From Ancylonema sp. (taxonomy: Eukaryota): DNA of 27,569 nucleotides. Location of the stretch: positions 62,001 through 89,569 of the forward strand of contig JBFLGF010000131.1 in NCBI GenBank assembly GCA_050230475.1. The letters are read 5' to 3'. Positions 21,052 through 27,569 of the stretch are shown piece by piece. Each line of letters begins with the position of its first letter. The first letter of the stretch is position 1. The notes beneath the pieces were generated by a model that saw only the letters and a list, made by a program, of their open reading frames with translations, had not been told where the DNA came from and made no database searches. Both the position numbers and the translations under genes were made by a program.

Positions 21052-24000
21052 ATGTCGGATAGGTCGCAAATCCCTCAATTTACTAGAGCTGATTATACAG
21101 GATGGGCCTTCAAGGTCAAGTGTGGGCTGGCGGATAAGAAACTCCACCGTTTGGTGATGGATTGGGACAGTTTGCCGCGAAAGTGTCGCCCAGACGTTAT
21201 CCTTCCATTGACACCTGATAACGAGCTGCAATTTGCCGCCAGGCGCCAGGGGGATCGGGGATCGACGTGGATGTCGAAGTGTTGGTCAGACAGCAGCAGA
21301 TTTCCCAGCAGCTGCTGGAGCTGGAGAAATGGGACGAGGATAATCTGATCTGGCTGCTCTGGCTGCGTCGTACATTGTGGCACCTGGGGCCTTCGGAGCT
21401 GACGCACGTAATGTCGGACTGCACGACAGCTGCCGGAATGTGGGATGCCCTGCGGACAGTCTACCAGGTGCATGGTGCGATCGAGATCGAAAATACGGAA
21501 GCATTGCTGAGCGCTATCATTCAGACGGAGGCAGAGGACCTCAACGTGTACGTGAAGCGACTGCAACAGCTGCATCAGGACCTTAAGAATCTGGGGGCGC
21601 CAGTATCTCCGACGAAGCAGGCGATCAACCTGCTGAATTCGTTAAACACGCATTACAGTCCAATGTGGTCTCAACGCTGATGCCATGGTCCGAGTCGTCG
21701 CCACACCTCTTCACGATTCCACACATCGTGAGTGCGCTGCTTCGCGACGACGTGCGGAAAGAGCTGAACGATCGAAAAAGGGGGGCGCTGCCCGGAGGAC
21801 ACCAAGCGCATTATGGTGGACCTGGGGGGGGAAACGGAGCTGGAGGCAGCAGCAGATCTGGTGGTGCGACTGGAGCTGGTCGCAGAGACGCTGCAGGCGT
21901 CGAATGCTTCGGCTGCCACAAATTCGGGCACATCAGAGCGAACTGCCCTTCACCAGCATCTGGCGGAGGCCATGCGGGGCCATGGAAATGTCACAGGTGC
22001 CACCAGGCAGGCCACCGAGCTGCTCAGTGCCCTTGCGCCATCACCAGCAGCTGGAAATGTTGCGCACGCTACTCAGGGAAGTCAGGGGGGAGGCAGAAGT
22101 GCAGATATTGCAACATTGTAGGGCACACAATTGAACATTGTAGAAAAAGAACATCTGACATGGCTCTAATGAACGAAGAGGCTGGGACTCGAAGGGCTGA
22201 CGCACAGGCACGACTTGCTCGCTTTGCTGACAAACCTTTTGACGCTAATGTGGATGATCTGGCTTTCGGTGCATTCTCATTTGATGTTGCTCGAGCATTG
22301 TCTGCTGGTTCTCACACAGACTCTCTGATCCTGGACTCAGGTGCTACAGACCACATCTTTCACTGAACCGTGGAGTACACCCCAACCCTGAGCACGCAGA
22401 GGGCCTTCATCACCACTGCTGACGGCTCGTCACACAAGGTAGCAGGCACGGGTCTGGGTTCGTGCACATCCGAGTGAGGAATGGCGACACATGCCACTCA
22501 GCTCGATCCACGTCCCTACCTTTGCCTGCACCCTCGTGTCGACATCGTGCCTCGTCAAAAGAGGTGGGCTGATGTGCTGCAGCAGCCTGAGCTTTCTACA
22601 GCTGCCCACGGGTCCTGAATTAAACCAGGGAAATGTGAAATGGGCTGATGTGCTGCAGCAGCCTAGTGGTCTGACTTTGTTTGCTCCCACAATCGTCATG
22701 CCTGGATCTCATCATACTACAGCAAATTTGTCCACAGGCATGGTCTGGCATCACAAATTGGGTCACCCCAGTTCTGATGTGATGTCAGATTTCGCCAGAC
22801 GTGACATCCCAGAGTTAAAGTCAGGGAGAATTAACTGAAGTAAAGGGATGTCAGGTTTGTTGTCAGGGGAAGATGGATTCAGCTCAGTCATTGCTAAGGT
22901 CAGTGCGGATCTGGGGACATGCCCCAAGGATGGGTCGCATCCACCTGGATCTCATTGGACCACTGTCTGTCAGGTCAGCTAACGGAGGGTATACATATGC
23001 TCAGACAGGGATAGAGGTATCCACACGTCTGTCATTTGTGAGCTTGTGAAAAACAAAGGATGAAGCACTGAACCGAGCAAGAGTCACTATACAATTGCTC
23101 GAGGTCTAGTCAGGTCTGCCCCTACAGTCTATACGGATAGATAAGGGAGGGGAGTATATGTCTCAGGACTGGATAAACTACTGTGGGGGGAAGGGTATTG
23201 ACAAGCAAACCACAGAAGCATATAGTCCTGAACAAAACGGAATCTGTGAAAGACTGAACATTGACAGAAAAAATGCGATGCATATTAATCTATTTTGGTT
23301 CTTAATCTGGTCAGGTCTACCGAAGTCTTATTGGGACGTGGCATTGTTACATGCAAACTGGTTGAGGAATAGAACACCCACTAAGTCGCTTTCTGGGAAC
23401 ATTCCTATTGAGGTCTGGGAGGGGAAGAAAATGACAGTTAATAAAAGTCATAATTTCGGGTGTCTGGTCCAATCTTTGCAGGTTGGGGGGGAAAAGAACA
23501 GTCAAGGGGACAAGTTTGCCCCTCGTACTTGCTTTGGTGTGTTTCTGGGGATGGCTGCGGGGAGTGCAGGCTATGCGATCCCCATAGAGCTGGGGTGATA
23601 TCACGCATGGACGTGAGGGGTTCTTCGAGGAGGTGCCGGGGTACCCGAAGCTGATGGGGGGGAGAGCTCCCCAGATTCAGGAGGCAGCAGAAAAACACTT
23701 TTTCGACCTTTTCCCCGACCCTGAAGATGAACCAGCTGCAGCAGTTGTGCCAGCAGCAGCAGTCCACCCCAACATGCCAGCAGCAGCAGTCCACCCCAAC
23801 ATGCCAGGAGCAGCAGTTTTGCAACCGATGCCAGCAGTTCTGCAGCCAATCCCAGCACCAGCAGAAGCAGCAGTCCCTGAGCCAGCAGCTGCCATCGACT
23901 ATCCGCACGACAACTTCCAGGCCACAAGTTGCTGAGGTCCCTAACGCCACGATTGTGCTGTCTGACAGCCAAGTCAGGGATCAACAACGCAGGAGGTGGA

Positions 24001-25819
24001 GATGCAGGGGAGGAGGAGGTGCAAGGAGGGGGTGCGAGTCCAGAAGTGGGGGAGCCTGGCAGCGTAGCTGATCGGGTGATGGCTAGAAGGCGAGCCAACT
24101 TTGCCGAGTATGGGGATCTCATGTGATGTGATGGGGACGAGTTTGATGACGCACAGCTCACGCCAACTACTCAGCGACTGTGGGAGCCCAGCAGTTTCTA
24201 CACTGGCTTCAACGGTCCTGTGGATCCGGGCTACGCGTGCGTAGCATCTAACAGCAACTCCTCCGAGCCACTCACCCTCAACCATGCGGCCAGACTGGGA
24301 CTGGGACTAGTGGGACAGGGCCATTGTGAATGTGGAAGAGCTCGCCTGCAGCCCTGGAGACGTTCAACACCTTTGAGGTGTGTGTGCTTCCTCCAGGTAA
24401 AATGTCTGTGGGGTGCAGATATGTGTTTAAGTTCAAAACAACACCACAGGGGGATCTTGAAAGATATAAAGTCAGACTGGTCGCACAGGGATTCTTACAA
24501 CAAGAGGGTATTGATTATAATGATGTATTTGCACCAGTAATCGACAGTACATCTACCTACTCCTCTCTATAGCAAACCAATATGACTGGGAACTGGAACA
24601 GATGGACGTAATCACAGCGTTCCTGCATGGACGTCTGGAGAAGAAGAGGTTTATATGAAAATACCACCGCGTATGTATCAATGGGGGTGCTGAGGGAAAG
24701 GTCTTACGACTGAACGGTGCTTTGTACTGACTAAAACAGAATAGCCACGTGTGGCAAGAAATGTTCAGAAAGTTTATGATATCTGAAGGGTTTACACAAT
24801 GCGTAATGGACACATGTATATATATGAGGGGGGAAGGAGACAGCAGAATCATACTGGGCATACATGTAGATGATCAGGTGATCACAGGTCCTAACGCAAT
24901 GGTGGTCAAAACTTTTAAAGGGGACATGGGTAAAAAGTTTAAAGTCAAGGATCGGTCCCCTAACCCGTGAAGAGGGATAGACAAAGAAAACTAGAGAACA
25001 CTGCTAGACAGAGAAAATTGCTCACACTGGGACAGTCAGGTTTCTTAAGGGGAGTACTCGAACGTTACGGGATGCATGAGTGTAATCCAACCAAACTCCC
25101 TCTTTCCCCTGGAACTCAGTTTACGCAAAATGATGAACCAACTCTTTCCCCTACCCCTGAAGAAATAACAGACTTTCAAGGAAAAGTGGGACATGAAACA
25201 AACCAGACTGGACATCGGGTATGCACTGGGTACTCGTTAAACACATGGGAAATCCTGGGGTCGCACACATAAGGGCATTACATCAACTATTCAGATACCT
25301 TATAGGGACTGTGAACCACGGACTGACGTTTGTGGGGGAAAAGAAATCTTTGAAGTAAAGGGTTACTGCGATGCATCATGGAACAGCTGCAGTATGACAG
25401 GCAAGTCAGTCACAGGATGGGTAACCACGGTTGGGGGAACATCACTGACACTGAGTTGGAAGCCGCAAAAGCAGTCCACTGTTGCACAGAGCACTGCTGA
25501 GTCTGAATATATCGTTGCCTGTAGTGTGTCTAAGGAGTGCTGCTATCTAAATTCTCTCTTGAAAGAACTCAAGTTTCCAAACCAAATCACAATCCACACT
25601 GACTCTACCTCAACTCTCTCCATGATCCAGAACCCTGTGCAACGACAGAAAGCAAAACATTTTAATGTGGTATATCACTGGGTACGGGAATGCCACAGCA
25701 GACTAAAGTATGTGTACCTTGCAGGCGAAAATCAACCAGCAGATATGCTAGCCAAAGCTCTTCCTCAAGTTTTACTGGACAGACACAGCATAAGTCTAGG
25801 TTTTGGACGGTTATATTGA
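21052..25819 (+). pseudogene. Copia gag-pol polyprotein, many frameshifts and stops
   Basis: MSDRSQIPQF...YTGWAFKV; three CCHC knuckles; LILDSGATDH; WHHKLGHPS; DLIGP..RIDKGGEY..SPEQNGICERLN; YKVRLVAQGF..QMDV.TAFL..IHVDD; GYCDASW..QSTAESEY..KAKHF..ADMLAK. Confidence 0.95.
23735..23892 (+). repeat. Coding minisatellite in the IN-RT linker (PAAAVHPNM-type, 27-bp unit)
   Basis: ccagcagcagcagtccaccccaacatg repeated twice, plus degenerate units. Confidence 0.85.
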
Positions 25820-26536
25820 ACAGGGGGTGTCAGTCCTTTCTTTTATTTTTATTATCAGAGGTTTCGAATGCCATGCATGTTGGCACGGGGTGTGTTGTTA
25901 TGTTTCTTTCATGCAGAAGTTATGGGGAGGGTACAACAACTTCAGCTCATCCAGCTAAGTCACACTCTTACCTTAATACCTTGAAAAGAACACTTGAAAC
26001 ACGACACTTAAGTACACTTTAGGATCAGAAAGTGCGGATCTGCTCAAGTTTAAAGTTGTCAGTTTGTTCTGAATTTTAAAAATGTATGTTCTAATAATTG
26101 TTGCAAAACGTGTGTCAAAATTTGGTGCTGATAGGACTGGTAATTTTGAAGTTATGCTGTTTTGAGATTTTTCTGACTAGAAAGTGTAAAATTTTGAGAA
26201 TTATGAAGTTGAAAAAGTTAAAAATTCAAAAATATTTTCAAAAAGTTTTTTTGTTTTTCGCCTACTTGTGTTATTTGTTTGTATGTTCAGGGCTTCGGCC
26301 TGAAAAACGACTAAGGATCTGGAGCGATCGACTTCTGGACTTCCGATGGATCGTTCCGATCGTCTTCCGAACAGCTGCGTTTGTAGATAGAATCCCCTAG
26401 CACGCTTATATGTTGCTAGGGAAGACCAAACTGCTTTATATGTTATGCAATGGTTCTGCCATGATTTAGCAGTAACTAGGGTAGTCCTTTGGATGTCTAC
26501 ATCTATGCCAACGTTAGCATGGCATCCGAGGGGGTG

Positions 26537-26980
26537 TGTTGGAATATTTTGGATAGCTATATATTATGCTTGCTAGTCCAATTGTTACCGGTTACTCTAA
26601 CCGGGAGCAATATTCCTAGATGTGCTTATATGCGGCCGCACGTTTGTGTCCGGGCACCTGACATGTTGCCGACACTTAGAGACGTTAGCTTGCGTGTCCG
26701 GGATTGGCTTGTTAAGTCGTGTCAGGAGTGTCCGGCATGTGCCGTTGACACGTAGATGAGTTGTCACTCAACGATAGGCCGACGGTCAATTGTACCGACT
26801 CGGCACACAACCATGTAAAACGCATCGGGTATTACCATCCCCGATGCGATCACAATAATAATTCGTTCCACACACGCAACTCCTGTCTCGTTGATCATCA
26901 GTGATAGAGATCCTTTTGCGTACCGGTTCGTTTTGTCGCCCACCAAATCCCCTGCACGTCTAATCACTCAAAAGCTTATA
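26537..26980 (+). repeat. Copia 3' LTR
   Basis: Preceded by the PPT-like gagggggtg and homologous to 20333-20794. Confidence 0.92.
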
Positions 26981-27489
26981 GTTCTTGCCATCATTCGTTA
27001 CTTTTCTACAATTACTCGCTCGATTCACGTCGACGAAACTTGTAAGTTGAAGGAAGTGTCCTTCGCAACTTGTCGTGATTGCTTGTATTGCTTTGATGAA
27101 GCTCTTACTGAGCGAGCCTGTAAACTTGTCCGTTTACTATCACATCTTTGTGCTGAAGCTCTTACTGAGCCAGCAACATCCCGTTGACTATCACATCTTT
27201 GTGCTGACGCTCTTACTGAGCCAGCAACATCAGTATACTACTTTGCTGACGATCTAACTGAGCCACATCTACTTTGTCGTTTTCCATCGATTTGCTCACG
27301 CTCGTACCGAGCCTGTAAGATAACGACGCGCAGCCACTTGTTGACGCTCTAACTGAACCAACATATCACATCCATCAATAACCGCTTATCAACACATTGT
27401 TTGACATCCGAACTGTCTACTCGAAAGTTTACCTTTCGGTTGTCGATCTCAATGTTATGCACCAAAATACTATGTTTACCATCGACTAT
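26981..27489 (+). mobile_element. Family X-related LTR segment with an internal subrepeat array
   Basis: Shares acttttctac, gctgacgctctt.ctgagccagc, cgaaagt..c.tt.cgg.tg and tgcacca..acta in the same order with 9840-10100. Confidence 0.65.
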
Positions 27490-27569
27490 TATAAGCTTTT
27501 GAGTGATTAGACGTGCAGGATGATTTGGTGGGCGACAAAACGAACCGTACGCAAAAGGATCTCTATCCC
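27490..27569 (-). repeat. 3' end of a third LTR of the same copia family, opposite strand, running off the window
   Basis: Reverse complement of ~26903-26980. Not followed by a PBS, so it is a 3' or solo LTR. Confidence 0.93.

Larger units (their letters stand above)
20333..26980 (+). mobile_element. Full-length, decayed Ty1/copia LTR retrotransposon
   Basis: Two homologous LTRs, PBS, gag-PR-IN-RT-RH domain order, PPT, and flanking (A)GTTC duplication. Confidence 0.95.

Noticed and set aside
21093..24861. Numerous overlapping alternative-frame and antisense ORFs over copia pol
   Set aside because: By-products of GC-rich or repetitive coding sequence
26098..26400. Possible env-like ORF in the copia 3' region
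   Set aside because: No ATG start, composition driven by AT-rich sequence, and no recognisable motif
27095..27360. CRISPR-like repeat-spacer array
   Set aside because: The repeats are degenerate, two units are a plain 51-bp tandem duplication, there are no cas genes, and the context is a eukaryotic LTR

Overview
Repeat-rich eukaryotic DNA, probably from a streptophyte alga or early-diverging plant (inferred from 72-nt one-LRR-per-exon gene structure and the retroelement types). It is mostly nested, decayed LTR retrotransposons. (1) A Ty3/gypsy RT fragment (~463-760). (2) Several pieces of a gypsy-like family ('family X'): LTRs starting TGAGAG, a gag on the minus strand, and two diverged copies of a C5-cytosine-methyltransferase (DNMT)-like ORF, one lying just before a PPT and LTR. 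(3) An internally deleted Ty1/copia (~7375-9540). (4) A full-length but frameshifted Ty1/copia (20333-26980) with both LTRs, a half-tRNA-type PBS and a target-site duplication, plus the end of a third LTR of that family at the window edge. Between these lie an intron-rich LRR pseudogene, a ~550-bp direct repeat enclosing gene-like fragments, one clean unexplained ORF and microsatellites. The most notable signal is that both DNMT-like copies carry the same non-canonical residues at the catalytic motifs (G-x-[WY]-H-T-E-x-R where G-x-P-C-Q is expected). This suggests a conserved, catalytically altered methyltransferase-fold cargo rather than random decay. All homology calls were made by eye and need confirmation by search.
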